A stretch of DNA of 64,000 nt from Anthoceros angustus. Taxonomy: Eukaryota > Plantae > Anthocerotophyta. The notes beneath the pieces were generated by a model. It was given only the letters and a program-made list of their open reading frames with translations, searched no databases and was not told the origin of the DNA. Below are positions 13,962 to 25,886 of the stretch, one piece after another. The stretch's first letter is position 1, and each line of letters opens with the position of its first letter. Made by a program: the position numbers and the translations under genes. The stretch covers positions 248,001 to 312,000 of the forward strand of contig MU008202.1 in NCBI GenBank assembly GCA_010909165.1, read 5' to 3'.

Positions 13962-15318
13962 TCAATAGTGAACGATGGGCTCACCAATGGTATAGTTTCT
14001 GGATACGTTGCAAGGAAGATCGAAGAGTTTGGCGACGATAACCTTGAATATCTTGCTTACATTGATGTTGTGCTTTACACTGGAGAAGAACAATGCAGCC
14101 CCCATAGCCTTAGCATAAAGTCTTGCCTGAAACAAGACACAGGACAAGTGATGAGGCTCCACTGTACCAGGCACAGCAACGAACATAAGATCCAATCTGC
14201 CATGTGTTTGAAATTGTTAAATGGACCTGTCTTGTGATCAGCGCCTTCACGTCCTCAGGAAGAGTGACAAAGCTGTCGTACTTAGTCCCCACAAGGACAG
14301 GGAGAGCAGTCTGCAGGATCCATTCCGGGAGGAATCAATTGCGGGATCAGTCAGTTTAGACCATGATCAATCGGGCTTCTAGATAGCAGGATCGCAAAAG
14401 TCATACCTTGTTATGGAGCCGGGCTTGCATAAACCATAGCTTCACACTGTGGCAGCAATGGCAACAAAGTCCAAGTTATTTTGGCTATTCAGCAACAGTG
14501 CTGCATGCAATCCAAATGCCTTGAACCAGACACCATACCTATGAAGAGTGCAACGCCTAGTAAGATCAAAGACAAGCATGATCACTGCTGCATCGCTGCA
14601 AACTAGGGGCAAGAGATTGACAAACTGTCCGTGTCCTGCAGAATGAGTTGCATGAGGCCCATAACCAGCAGAAAAATCTGTCACCTCTCAACATCAACTT
14701 GCATTCACAGAGCTGCTTACCACCCAAATCCCAGATTGTGAAAGCAATCTGAGCATTTCTCATTTTGCAAATCTTTTCTCTCGAAGACACTCCAACAGTC
14801 TGTACGTACTGGTCTTCTTGTTCTTGTTCGGCAGATACATAGCTCATCTTATGGCACAAACACTGTGCCGTTAGCTGTCAACAATTGCAACGACTTGCTT
14901 CAGATGATCAGTTGATGATTCTCACACCTTAGCTTACCATGAAACTAGTCTTCCCCGTCTGCATGTCGCCAAGCATGCCAACTTTCACCACCACAGTATC
15001 ATCAGCCTCCGGGGTCTTCAAGTCAGCGGTGACATTGTGGGAGAAAATGTTGTTGGAAATGGACATCATCTCATGGCAGGAATCCTGAATGAGCAACTCT
15101 TTGTCAGGCTCGCTAGTGTAGGACTTGCTTCGGTAAAGCCGTCGGTACGGAACTGTTGCTACAGCTCCCGCTGAGCAGCAAGTCAATGAACATATCACTC
15201 TTCGACGAAGCTGGCGGCCAAGACGCCCTGCACCCCTCTTAAGAGCCCGCATTGGGACTGCCAAAGTATAACCCCTCGCTGCCCTCCAACTCTTCAAGTC
15301 CATGTTCTTGACAAACAT
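13962..15318 (-). CDS. SPG1: Septum-promoting GTP-binding protein (SPG1/TEM1-like small GTPase)
   Basis: Motifs found are G1 VKVGMLGDMQTGKTSFM, G3 IWDLGG, LPLVCSDAAVIMLVFDLTRRCTL, G4 VGTKYD and FFSSVKHNINVSKIFKVIVAKLFDLPC. ATG at 15318 is preceded by an in-frame TAG, and TGA is at 13962. Confidence 0.93.
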
Positions 15319-17436
15319 CTTGAACTCGCTCTAACAGACTTCCACACCTGGCTGTACCGATGCAGCCGTCCCCAAGCACTGGCCACTGGCAGTCCTGTCC
15401 CGACGCAGCAGGGGCAAGGTAATTCACGCTTTCCGAAGTCGCCACCTACCAGGCAGCTTCCAAGCCCTCATCTTTGCAACAATAGCACAGATAGCAGCAA
15501 AAATCTGCTAAGAAAAGGCCTACAACGTTGGCTAGGTCTGCAGCCAGATCAAGGATAGACTGACAATCCGCCATGAGTGGAAGTGCTCAATTTTCCATCG
15601 AGGAGGATAGGACGCCCCTCAGAGAGCAGCACAGGCAGTCAATTATGCAGTCCTAACAGCTGGGGCGCTCCCAGGATCAAACAAGGCCAGGAATGAGAAG
15701 CCTAAGATCCAACGACGCCAGTCGCCAAAACACAAGACAATGGATAGCCAGCCACTGCATGAGCGACGCTATGGTGCGCACAGATCCAAGACTCCGCATG
15801 AGCGGTGCTCTGCCTTCGACAAGAACCAGTACCTGATACCTGACTGTCACTGACAATAACGAGCGCGGCGATTTGCAGCAAGAAACAGGAGCAAATTTGT
15901 TAGCTGCCCTACGTCAGTAGCTGCAGTTGAGGTGAACGTGATGAGACTGTTGAACTCGATTCCGCTTCGCCTTCACGATGCAATCAGCGCCCGCAGAGCA
16001 TTGATGAGGGCCCGAGGCCAGGCAGTGTTCAGTGATTTCACTGGGCCCGCGATGGGGGCCTTTGCCACCACTTCGGCCTGGGCCCGACCTGGCTGAAGAA
16101 AATTAGACGATTATTGGGCACATTCAGTTCATGGCTGCCCACTCGAGGCACGGTGGTGAGTTGGCGCCATGCCCGTCAAAACCCACTCACCCACCGGTCT
16201 GATGAGGCCTACAGGATAACCTACAGCGTCATCTCAAAATAAAAGGTAGAAAGAAAATAAAATTTATGTCATGCTACCAACAAAATATATTACCGTATTT
16301 ACGTTTTGAATTTGATTCCCTCATAAAATAGGATGATACTTATTCTAACACCCTCCGGGTCTTCCTACGAGACTTGTACTTAATTGGGGAAGAAAAGATT
16401 GACAGTAGCCTATCTATTTTTTCTTCTTCATGTTGACGACCTGCCTTGTTCACGAATTACGTGAATTAGACATCAACCACGTTATGTTAGCGTCCTACGC
16501 TGGCTCATATTCATTCACCGGAAATGAGTTGGTGAACTCATGGAACTATCTTTTCATTCAAATCTAACTATACAAATCCTAAGGTTAGCTCATGTAGCTA
16601 GTTATAATACAAAGTAACCTCATGAGGTGTTGAAGGTAGTTGAATGGACTTACCTGAGGGAAGCTTAGCATCAACTTAAAATCTCCAAGGTGGAGAAACG
16701 CATAAGGAAGAGGTTATTTGAGTCCACACAGCAACATTTTAGGGATATGTGAAGCATGACAAAGACTAATGAAATAGGCAAAGAACAATATGTGAATAGA
16801 CATAAATAAATAAGATCGTAGAAAATTTTAAAAAATATATAAATTTTGAATCACTTCCTTTTCCAGGTTAACAAATTTCAACGGTTATGACACAAAGAAG
16901 AGTATTATTAACTAAGTTATAAATTATATTTCACTAGCGGTATGAACTTTTAAACATTGCGTATATGTTGAACTTTTGGTTGCTGCCAACATCCCAAGTG
17001 GATGGGATCGCTTTTCACTATTCGAGGGATTAGGATTTTGCCTAGTTTTTCTTTTACTTTGCTACTTTGGTACTTAGCCGACAAGTCTATTTTTCAGGCT
17101 AAGTGATGAGCCTATTTTGGAGGCTTATGCGGACCGTGAAGCTCAGTGCTTCACAGACTCTGATATGAACCATGACCTAATGTGGCCATGGACAGCTATG
17201 CTGCCTCACGGCACGACATGGACATTTTGGTGTTTAAGAGTATTTACATTCCACTCTTAAAATCCAGAGGTCTTTTTATGTCCCATGCTCATCTTTGACC
17301 AGCATGTTCTCCTGTTGCCAATCTAGATAAGGCTACTACTTTTTGGGATCGATGAACCCTGCATCTAAAAGAAAATCCTCCAAGATAAAATAGATAAATT
17401 ACAAATGATGTGGGGCCTAATAAGCTACAGGAATTA

Positions 17437-17540
17437 GTGTTGTGGTCAGTTCTGGACTGATTTCATTATCATTGTGGTCGTCCCTTGTGTTGTGGTCAGT
17501 TCTGGACTGATTTCATTATCATTGTGGTCGTCCCTTGTGT
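17437..17540. repeat. Perfect 50-bp tandem duplication
   Basis: GTGTTGTGGTCAGTTCTGGACTGATTTCATTATCATTGTGGTCGTCCCTT occurs at 17437 and 17487. Confidence 0.95.
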
Positions 17541-18524
17541 CGACTGGAAACACAAATCATGTTGCCAGCATCTGTTGCCTACTTTATTCCGCATGAACTA
17601 AGTTGCGAGCATCCGTTGCCTTTTCAAAGGTTTTGTGACTACACCTGTCCACTTCCTTGCCACTGAGTTTTTTTGAGGTTGTTGAGAAGAATAAGATATC
17701 TCCGTATTTCAGCTGCGGCGCGTGCATAGCATTCCACCATGTCCATAAAGTCATCCCATATGTTACTCCACTAAAAAAGAATAGCTTACCTCAGCCATCA
17801 TAGGATTCGATCTTTGTGATATTTGCAAAAGGAGAGTGGGAGGTGCAGCTGTAGGCAAAACATACCAACAACAGCGATGGCACTCTTATTCAGAGTCGTA
17901 TTTTGTTCCATTCCTTCATCCACCACATGCATAGATGGAATCAGGCCATAGGTCGCGGGGGCACCTACTCCACGTGCGGTTGGTACCCATCACTTATCGG
18001 TTGACTCTTCCTCCTACCCAAGTGCAGCTTTGCAGAATTCAGAAGCTTTGCCTTCTTACGCTTCAGCCCAAAAAGATGATACATCTTCCAGAATACGCAC
18101 CAATAGTGGTCGGCCAACTGTTTTAGGTTACAGGCCGTCTTACATAAGCAAGTTCAAATCAACACGCCTACGATGCAGATGAGAAGTATTTCCATCACTA
18201 TGTCACGAGACTTCAAATCAGAGTGGTACAAGCCTCCAGTGACCGCGGTTTCTGCAGCTAGCCGTGAAAGTGGGCATCTTAACCTGTATCCTTCCAGCCC
18301 TTCTTCCAATCACAGCAGGTGAGGCTGCAGTTTACAGATGCGAGTGTGGGCACCTCGGTGTTGGACATCCTGGATGGAACCCGTATTACGTAACGGCTCT
18401 GGGGAGGGGTGCTATGGCGCAGAGCGCCCCGAGCCACGGCCATTACGTTGCGTAACAACGTCGCCGAGGCCGAGGCCGAAAACCTCGACTGCAGGGCGAG
18501 CTTAATTTCTCTCTCCGAAGTGAA

Positions 18525-18733
18525 TTTGTGAAGTGAAACCCCGTCTTTTGGCAAACTGGGTCATCGTGGTCGGGGTTTGGGGAGTGTGGCGTGATGGCGG
18601 TCGCGGGGCCGCAATTTCCAATGGCGAGCGTCCCGTGGGAGTCGGGCTGGCGGGAGTGGGCCTTCCGTGAGGCAGCGTGCGGTAGCGTTCTTGCTGGAGC
18701 TCGCTGCCGAGAGCGCAATGGCAGGAGCGCGCT
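18525..18733. repeat. ~210-bp GC-rich dispersed direct repeat (second copy at 24932-25140)
   Basis: Shared blocks are GGGTCATCGTG(G/A)TCGGGGTTTGGG, TTCCAATGGCGAGCGTCCCGTGGGAGTCGGGCT(G/A)GCGGGAGTGGG and GGAGCTCGCTGCCGAGAGCGCAATGGC. Confidence 0.9.
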
Positions 18734-19258
18734 GCCGGGATCGGATGGAGGAAGAGAAGATTCCATGTGACTTGTTGCTCGGATGCTGGATTGTCGCTTT
18801 GCGGGAGGCCCCTTGGCATACATGCACTGTGCCTGAAATCGGCCTTCGCTGGCTGCAAATTGAGAGTCCCGGCGGCTCGTGTGGCGGCGTAGTGGCTATG
18901 CACAAGAGGGTGTCGGGGAAGGTTGTGGCCACGGCGTCCGAGCCTGTGCTGGAGAAGCCCGCTGCTGAGTCGCCTGATCTTGTGCGTTTCCTTTAGGTTT
19001 TCTGGACTGGAATAGGTGTGTTGTGATGATGTTAGGATGGGAAGGTGATTGGCTGACTGTGTGGTGTGGTTTTGTAGCTGGTGACCAAGGAGGAGGGGCT
19101 GGCTCTGAGGATATGGTGTGGGAGGACGTTTGAGGCTGCGGCATGCATCTGCGTCCAGGACGTCGTCCAGGACCGAGAGCTGGTCAGAAATTTTGTTTGC
19201 TACCAAAATACGCGGCTGTGCTTCTCGTCGGGCCTCCTGTTCGACAATCTCAGACTAA

Positions 19259-19444
19259 GCAAGATTGCGAATGCGAATTACGGTGGACAAACTGATGTGT
19301 CATGGCGGGGCAACGGGCAACGGGAGGGCACACGGAACACGCGGCTGTGCTTCCCGTGTGCCTTTCCCTCGTTGCCTCGCCACGACACACCAGGTTGTCC
19401 AATTGCGCCGTCAATTATACCACGATTCGCATTCGCAATCTCGC
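19259..19444. other. Long imperfect inverted repeat (hairpin)
   Basis: GATTGCGAATGCGAAT (19263) is perfectly complementary to ATTCGCATTCGCAATC (ending 19440). An inner 32-bp stem has 4 mismatches, followed by a GGCACACGG/CCGTGTGCC stem. Confidence 0.9.
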
Positions 19445-19845
19445 AGCCTTGAAATTGGCGAGGAAGAGCCACGGCGAGAGGCGCAGGAGCGCATTACTGC
19501 AACAGACAAGATATTTGAGCAGTTGATGGACAAGATATCTGAGCAATTGACGGTCCTGGAAGACGTCCGCGAGGATGTCAAGCAAGGTTGGTGGAGACGT
19601 CTTCACCAACCTCTGTGAATTGCATCACAACGTTGTCGGTAAGAAGTCGGAGTGACAGCGGTAAGGGAAAAGCGAGCTGGACAAGATCTACCCGAAGGAG
19701 GATCCCCCATACCTGCTGTGTGTGGCGCTTGTGCTGTCCAAGGGCGGCGAGCACGATTCCAGCCAGGTGCGTGTGTTCTCTTTCGTTGAGCTCGCTTCGG
19801 GGCACATGCTAGCTAACTGTGTATGGATGTATGCGCTGGCAGGGG

Positions 19846-21910
19846 GATGGACGTACGCTGCAATGACAAGACTGGGACGCTGACGCTTAACAAGCTTACT
19901 GTGGATAACAACCTCATTGAGGTAGGGAGCTCATTCGCAGTAGCTGCTCACCAAGCGGAGCTTCTGCCGGAGATTCTTCTCAAGTCCTGGCATTGCAGGT
20001 GTTCGGGAAAGGGATCACCAGAGAGCAAGTGGTCTTGCTAGCAGCGAGAGCTTCATGAACAGAAAACCAGGACGCTATTGACGGTTCCATTGTTAACATG
20101 CTGGCTGATCCTAAGGAGGTAAGCTTCAAAGCGTGGTATAAACGTCCTCTCTCCTGCTTTGGATGCGAAGCCCGTATCTGAAGGCAACCTGTCTCTTTTG
20201 TGCAGGCACGAGCTGGCATTCAAGAGGTTCACTTTCTCCCTTAAATCCCACGGACAAGCGTGCTGCCATTACATCCATTGATTCTGAAGGGAAGTGGTGG
20301 AGAGCAAGCAAAGGAGCCCCAGAGCAGGTGCGTTCACAGCATTTGCAATTCGGTTGAGCTCGTTGGTCGAAGCGTGTCTCCCCTACCGCTGTTGATGGTG
20401 GTCACGTTCACGGTTGTTGATGCAGGTGTTGGAGCTGGCTGCCAACAAAAATGGAATTGCTTCCAAAGTCCACACTATTATTGATAATTTTGCCGAACGT
20501 GGTCTCCGCTCCCTCGGTGTGGCTATGCAGGTAAGATGCCAGCCTTGTCCTGCATGCTGTTCTCCATCTGTAGAAGCTGTATGGGTTTTCTGAGTTTGGC
20601 GCCGGTGCACGATGCAGGAAGTTCCTGTCAAGAGCAAGGAGAGTGCGGGTGGTCCATGACAATACTCTGGGCTGATGCCCTTCTTTGACCCGCCTTGTCA
20701 CGACGGTGCTGAGACCATCAAGCGGGCTCTCAACGTTAACCTGGGTGTGAACGTGAAGATGATCACAGGTGAGCTTGCTGTCCATCATGATACGTGGCAA
20801 CATATTCAAATCAGTTTCTGATTGTGATCTGAGCTGCTTCTCTTCTTCCCGTCAGGTGATCAGCTGGCTATTGCTAACATGTACCCATCTCATCACTGCT
20901 GGGGCAGCACAAGGATGTGTCACTGGCGGCGTTGCCTGTGGAGGAGCCCACCGAGAAGGCTGACGGCTTTGCAGGAGTTTTCCCAGGTACTTCACGTCAC
21001 AGAACTCGTGCATCACCTGTCACATTGCTTAAAGAACGTCCCCCATCTGATAAAGTTGTTCTGTGCTTTGCAGAGCACAAGTACGAGATTGTGAAGAAGC
21101 TTCAGGATATGAAGCACATATGTGGCATGACTGGTGATGGTGTGAACGATGCCCCTGCTCTGAAGAAAGCAGACAATGGTATTGCTGTGGCAGATGCCAC
21201 AGATGCTGCAAGCAGTGCTTCCGACATTGTGCTCACTGAGCCTGGACTCAGTGTGATCAGTAGTGCCGCTGTGCTCACAAGCAAGGCCATCTTCCAAAGG
21301 ATGAAAAATCACACGGTAAGGAGAATCTACCTGCTGGGATTCAGATAGGCGAAAAGCATCTGTTGCTGATTCTCTTATTCCTGGGGTTTTGTAGATCTAC
21401 GCCGTTTCCATCACCATCCGTATAGTGGTAAGAGCATGCTTCTCATTCATTGGAGGGCCCATGAAAACTTACAGGAAAGAAGTCGGTGTCGTGAATGAGG
21501 TAGAAGAAGATCACAGTGATTGATAGGCATGTAAGTTCCCAAGACAATCCCACTGGCGAAGATCTGAGTTTCCAGCTATTCGGGGTGGGAGACGGCTTGA
21601 CACGGTCCTTTAGAGTACAGAACGCCTTGAGAATGAAGCACGTTAGAGGCCGGAAGATCATGGAGCCGTCTGCGGTGTATCTGCAAGTGAGCATTGTCAG
21701 CCAGGCCCTCGAAGGCGTCACCAGGTCCCGAGCCCTTTCCTATTTTGAGAGGCCTGGCACTCTGCTTCTCACCGCGTTCGCACTCGCTCAACTGGTAAGC
21801 TGTCATACCCATGCCCCCTTGGTTCTTGTGCCTGTTTGCATCTCTCAAGCATTTGTTACCAATGACATATCACCTCCTTCCTATGGTGCCGCAGATCGCC
21901 ACAGTCCTGC
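19846..21910 (+). pseudogene. AHA: Plasma-membrane H+-ATPase (P3A, AHA) pseudogene, 5'-truncated, introns retained
   Basis: Motifs found are [39 protein letters not shown] and [16 protein letters not shown]. Lesions include an in-frame TGA (ARAS*TENQD), a 1-nt deletion at FLP/NPTDKR, a stop in GGP*QY, deletion of KETGRRLGMGT and a frameshift at NMYPS/SLLGQ. Confidence 0.93.
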
Positions 21911-22437
21911 TTAAATGTGCTGATACAAGAAGGAACCATCTGACTCTGGCTATCCCGGAGGCTGCGAACTGCTCTCACTTGTCGGTGTCTAAAATCTAAT
22001 TTATAATATTTAAATTCTAAATGTTTCTTGAATATGTGTAAATCGACACACGACGAGAAATATATAGGTGTCATTATGTAGGGGACCGGCAATTCCTGGG
22101 GCTCACCGGCCCCGGGTTTCGTTTCATGTGTACTGTGTATGGGGACCGGGACTGGCAATAAAAACCGCTTCAAAATGTGGACACGTGAAGGTGTTCGTAG
22201 TTAGTTAAAATCTCGGTAAAGAGGGAGACATGTACGCCAAGAGTGGTATCTCGAAGACGATAAGGGAAGGGATTTGTAACGCTGTGGTGACTGCTCTAAT
22301 TCTCACAGGGCAGGCTGCATGCACCTCGTGAGGTATGCAAGTTTAGTTAGACTAAGTACATGGTCTGCTTGCCATGCTTGTGGCAGGCAGCGCAATTACG
22401 CCTGCGTCCAATTTTCGTCGAGAGTCTCCTTTGCGTC

Positions 22438-22920
22438 ATGTCTACTCCCCCCAACTTCTCCCCACCCCGATCACGACGGGCTCCTGTGTCCATCAGTCCG
22501 GACCAGATTGCCCGTATGGAACATCAGCGAGTCATTGCATTGCAGCGCCGAGCGGCTTTGGAAAACGCGCGTTCGTCCCCAGGGGGCTCGGACCAGCCAG
22601 CAACAGCTGCAGGAGCTGACGCCGAAGTTAGGGCTGCCAACCATCTCCCTCCGCGCAGGGTGCACCACACAGGGGTGTTCTCTGACAACCAGCTGCTTCC
22701 TCCTGCTGCCTCAGGTGAAGGCTATTCCTTTTCACAGGTCATTTCTAGATGGAAGCGAAAGCAGCTTCAACAGTTCAGCCCTCCCACGGGCCTTACTCCC
22801 GAGGGACTGCATGATCTCACAGAGCATCTGTTGGGAATGTTTACCGAGATGTGGTATGTCACGGGTATCGAAGTGGAGACTCTGACTAGTATGATTCTGG
22901 ATGAGCTGAAAAAGCCCTGA
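22438..22920 (+). CDS. Orphan 160-aa ORF inside a dispersed repeat, with an RPA32-binding-like motif
   Basis: An uninterrupted ATG-to-TGA ORF (MSTPPNFSPP...ISPDQIARMEHQRVIALQRRAALE...MILDELKKP). Its paralogue at 7.5-8.1 kb is disrupted. No expression evidence is available. Confidence 0.4.
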   Translation: MSTPPNFSPPRSRRAPVSISPDQIARMEHQRVIALQRRAALENARSSPGGSDQPATAAGADAEVRAANHLPPRRVHHTGVFSDNQLLPPAASGEGYSFSQVISRWKRKQLQQFSPPTGLTPEGLHDLTEHLLGMFTEMWYVTGIEVETLTSMILDELKKP

Positions 22921-23099
22921 TCATGATGCTGAAAGGGCGAACACGATATATCCCGTTCAGCAGTTTGCTAGCTGTTCTTCCTGCCATTTGGTTCTGAACG
23001 CAATGGCAGAGCAATCGGCTTCGGGCAACAGCAGTGCCTGTATCTGACGTCTATCTCCCGAGGGGGCGGGAGAACTGAGCTGCGAAAGGGAGGGGAGAC

Positions 23100-23157
23100 A
23101 GGCACATTTTGGTTGTAAGAGGCACACTTTGGTTGTAAGAGGCACATTTTGGTTGAG
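23100..23157. repeat. 20-bp tandem repeat x3
   Basis: The unit GGCACATTTTGGTTGTAAGA is repeated about 3 times. Confidence 0.85.
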
Positions 23158-23539
23158 AGGGGGACGTTAGAAGTCCAAAATGCTTTATCTCAGTTTACTC
23201 AACTCCAACAATGTCTAGAGTATACTTGCACATTCCTAAGTCATGTCCAACACTACATTGTTGGCCTATTCCTACAAACAGTTGTGCTGTGTTGATGTCC
23301 CTGCATGAAAGCTTGTCAAACACGAGCTACAACCGAAAAAACTCAGCAGCATGCGGACATCCCCCTAACCCTACTGAGGATCCCTTTTCTGCTTGTCCCT
23401 CGACTCCTAAACTGTGCTCTACACTCTTGCCAACCCTCAAAAGGTGAACGGATGCCGCAATCTGCCAACACGAAATGTGACAATACAGCCGGGTCCAAGA
23501 GACAATAAGTCCGTGATGCTACTGGGATTGAGTGTTAAG

Positions 23540-24030
23540 AAACATAATCCTGATGCATCTGCTCCAATAGCAGCCAGCTCAAAAATAGGACAGATCTGCC
23601 CACTTGTTTCTGGCACAAATTTACCTGTGCAGTACGGGCAAGAAATATCTCTGCTCCCACGGTATATGGGCGTCAAAGTGGCTTCGCAGACCACCAATGG
23701 ATCTCAGGGATCATAGATGATGGGAAGCTCGTCTCTGAGAGACCTCTCGCAAGCTTGTAATGCTTGCCGGACCTTAGTTGCTGTTGCTGGAGGAATATTC
23801 AATTGCAACAGCCGCTGGCAGAAAGACGCTGTTGCATGATGCGGCAACCTCTGATTGTCGGACCATGTCATCCTTCCGCCTCAGTTCAATCCTCATAGCA
23901 AGGACATATTCCTTTGCTAATGGAACCAGTTCTTTCACCTCATCCACTTCTTTCCTGCTGTCCACGCCGAGAAGGGGAACAGTGTGCTTAATGATGAGAA
24001 ACTGTCTCAAGGCCTCCGGTGAACCCACAG
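23540..24030 (-). pseudogene. COPA: Coatomer alpha (COPA) C-terminal pseudogene fragment
   Basis: Segments read EALRQFLIIKHTVPLLGVDSRKEVDEVKELVPLAKEYVLAMRIELRRKDDMVRQSEVAA, then after a deletion and frameshift SFCQRLLQLN..KVRQALQACER..IYDP*DPLVVCEATLTPIYRGSRDISCPYCTGKFVPETSGQICPIFELAAIGADASGL. There is a premature TGA. Confidence 0.9.
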
Positions 24031-24454
24031 ATCCGTGCAGTGTTGTGGAGGGCACTTCTCTTTGATGAGATCATCAAAGATAGGTCGATTCGGCTCACTC
24101 AAGACGTGGCAAACCAGATATGCAGCGGGGACTGACCTGCGACAGTCACTCTCGGCTGGCTGTCCCAGCCGCTGGAGTGTGAGCTCTCAACTTCCCTCGG
24201 CAATCTAATTCCCACGGTAAGCAGGTTTATCGGATTCGGCCCTGATCACAAGCTGCCCAGCTCCACCCTCCGGCTGGATTTGACACCCTGGTTACCTGTG
24301 TCCTGGGTTAAGTTTGGTTTTTGGGTTTTGTGTGCACGCTCCTCCTGTTGAGGCATGCACGGGTGGGATGGATCCCCTACTTTCACCCAGTTGCATTTCT
24401 TAGTCTCCCCGGAGGACGTCTGAGACGTCAGACAAGCCTCCTTCACGAGCTGGC

Positions 24455-24609
24455 GCTCGTGCACAGATTTTTTTTTTTTTAATTTGGTATTTTGAAAATA
24501 AATCAAAACAACCCCGGGGAAGAAATCTTCAGCAAGGGTTCTGATTCCCCTATGTTACACATCGTATCATCCCAACAGGGAGAGACTATACTCAGATGCT
24601 CGTGCACAG
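24455..24609 (-). mobile_element. ~131-bp poly(A)-tailed retroinsertion with a 12-bp target-site duplication
   Basis: The direct repeat GCTCGTGCACAG occurs at 24455-24466 and 24598-24609. A T13 run at 24468-24480 (A13 tail on the minus strand) sits 1 nt inside the left copy. Confidence 0.8.
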
Positions 24610-24931
24610 GTGATGGACCCCATAGCTTCCTTGTCAGCCAATAAGCTGCATAGTGGGTTCCGAGGTGGATAAATCCTGGAGCATGCCCTGGGGGTGCGCC
24701 CAGGAGGGAGCCCTCGGAGGCGTTGCCGCATGTTCAGTCTTCCATCCAGTTTGGATTGTGCGGGCCTCCAGGTGATGGCAGTCCTACGACCTCTCGGAAG
24801 AGGTGCGGCACAGAGTCCGGGATAACGTCCCAGGCCCCGCCGAAACGCAGGAGCTGCAGGCGAGCGCTAGCGAGCCCTGTTTAGTCCGGGTACCCAGATT
24901 ATAATTGCTATTTTCTTTCTTTCAAGTAGAT

Positions 24932-25140
24932 ATGTGAAGTAAAACGTTACCTATTTCAAAGCGGGTCATCGTGATCGGGGTTTGGGAGTGTGTCCTAATG
25001 GTGGTCGGCGGGCCGGGAGTTCCAATGGCGAGCGTCCCGTGGGAGTCGGGCTAGCGGGAGTGGGTCTTCCGTGAGAGCGGCGCTTGCAGCAGCGTGCTTG
25101 GTGGAGCTCGCTGCCGAGAGCGCAATGGCGGCAGCGCTCT
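24932..25140. repeat. Second copy of the ~210-bp dispersed direct repeat
   Basis: See 18525-18733. Confidence 0.9.
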
Positions 25141-25886
25141 TAGCCTTCTGCTCCTCGTGATGTCAGCTGAATTTTTGGGAAGCACCACACTCCTGTCACT
25201 ACTGAGGTCATCCCGGAAAGAGCGGGGCCTGGGCAGCTTATCGCTCAGCGTCCGCATCGTACTGCTCGTGCGCTTCCCTTCTGCTCTTCTCCAGGTTCAC
25301 TTGGTAGATGAGGGCACAGTTAGTGCACACAATCGCGCAGCGATCCGCACCTGGATATGTCGAGGCATGAGCTATCACCTGTCCATCCACAGAGGCTGTG
25401 AAACGGAGAACACAGTATTAGAAGCAGTTTGCTGCAGCAACAGTGAATTGCTGGGAACGATACCTGACAGACAGCTGATTGAAAGCATTACAGGCTGGAT
25501 ACGTATGAAGGCCATGGCCAGGTAAGGTCTTTGGTGAGTGTGCCTGGAACTCGAGATACTTGGTATTTCTTCTCGGGAAAAGGAAAACAGGTCTTATGTG
25601 AGTGTGGTGTCGAATTCGGGACACATAGTATCTCTTTTCAGGAAAAAGGAAAAGTCATCACGGAGGGCTTTAAAGTCCACCAAAAAGGGAATAAAAGGTT
25701 ATATTGGTGCACATGTCTGCTATATGTTTTAATATGTGTTAACTTGTGTTAACTTGTAATATGCTTTCATATGCTTGATTGAGAATTGAACTTGGAATCT
25801 TTCATTTACTCAATGATGGTCTAACCAACAACAATAACAACAACGATATTTATATCCACTAAGGTCGAAAGGACCATCGTACATAA

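Noticed and set aside
15920-16100. C/D-box snoRNA or GC hairpin upstream of SPG1
   Set aside because: A TGATGA is present, but there is no convincing D-box or terminal stem at a suitable distance, and the hairpin is short and imperfect.
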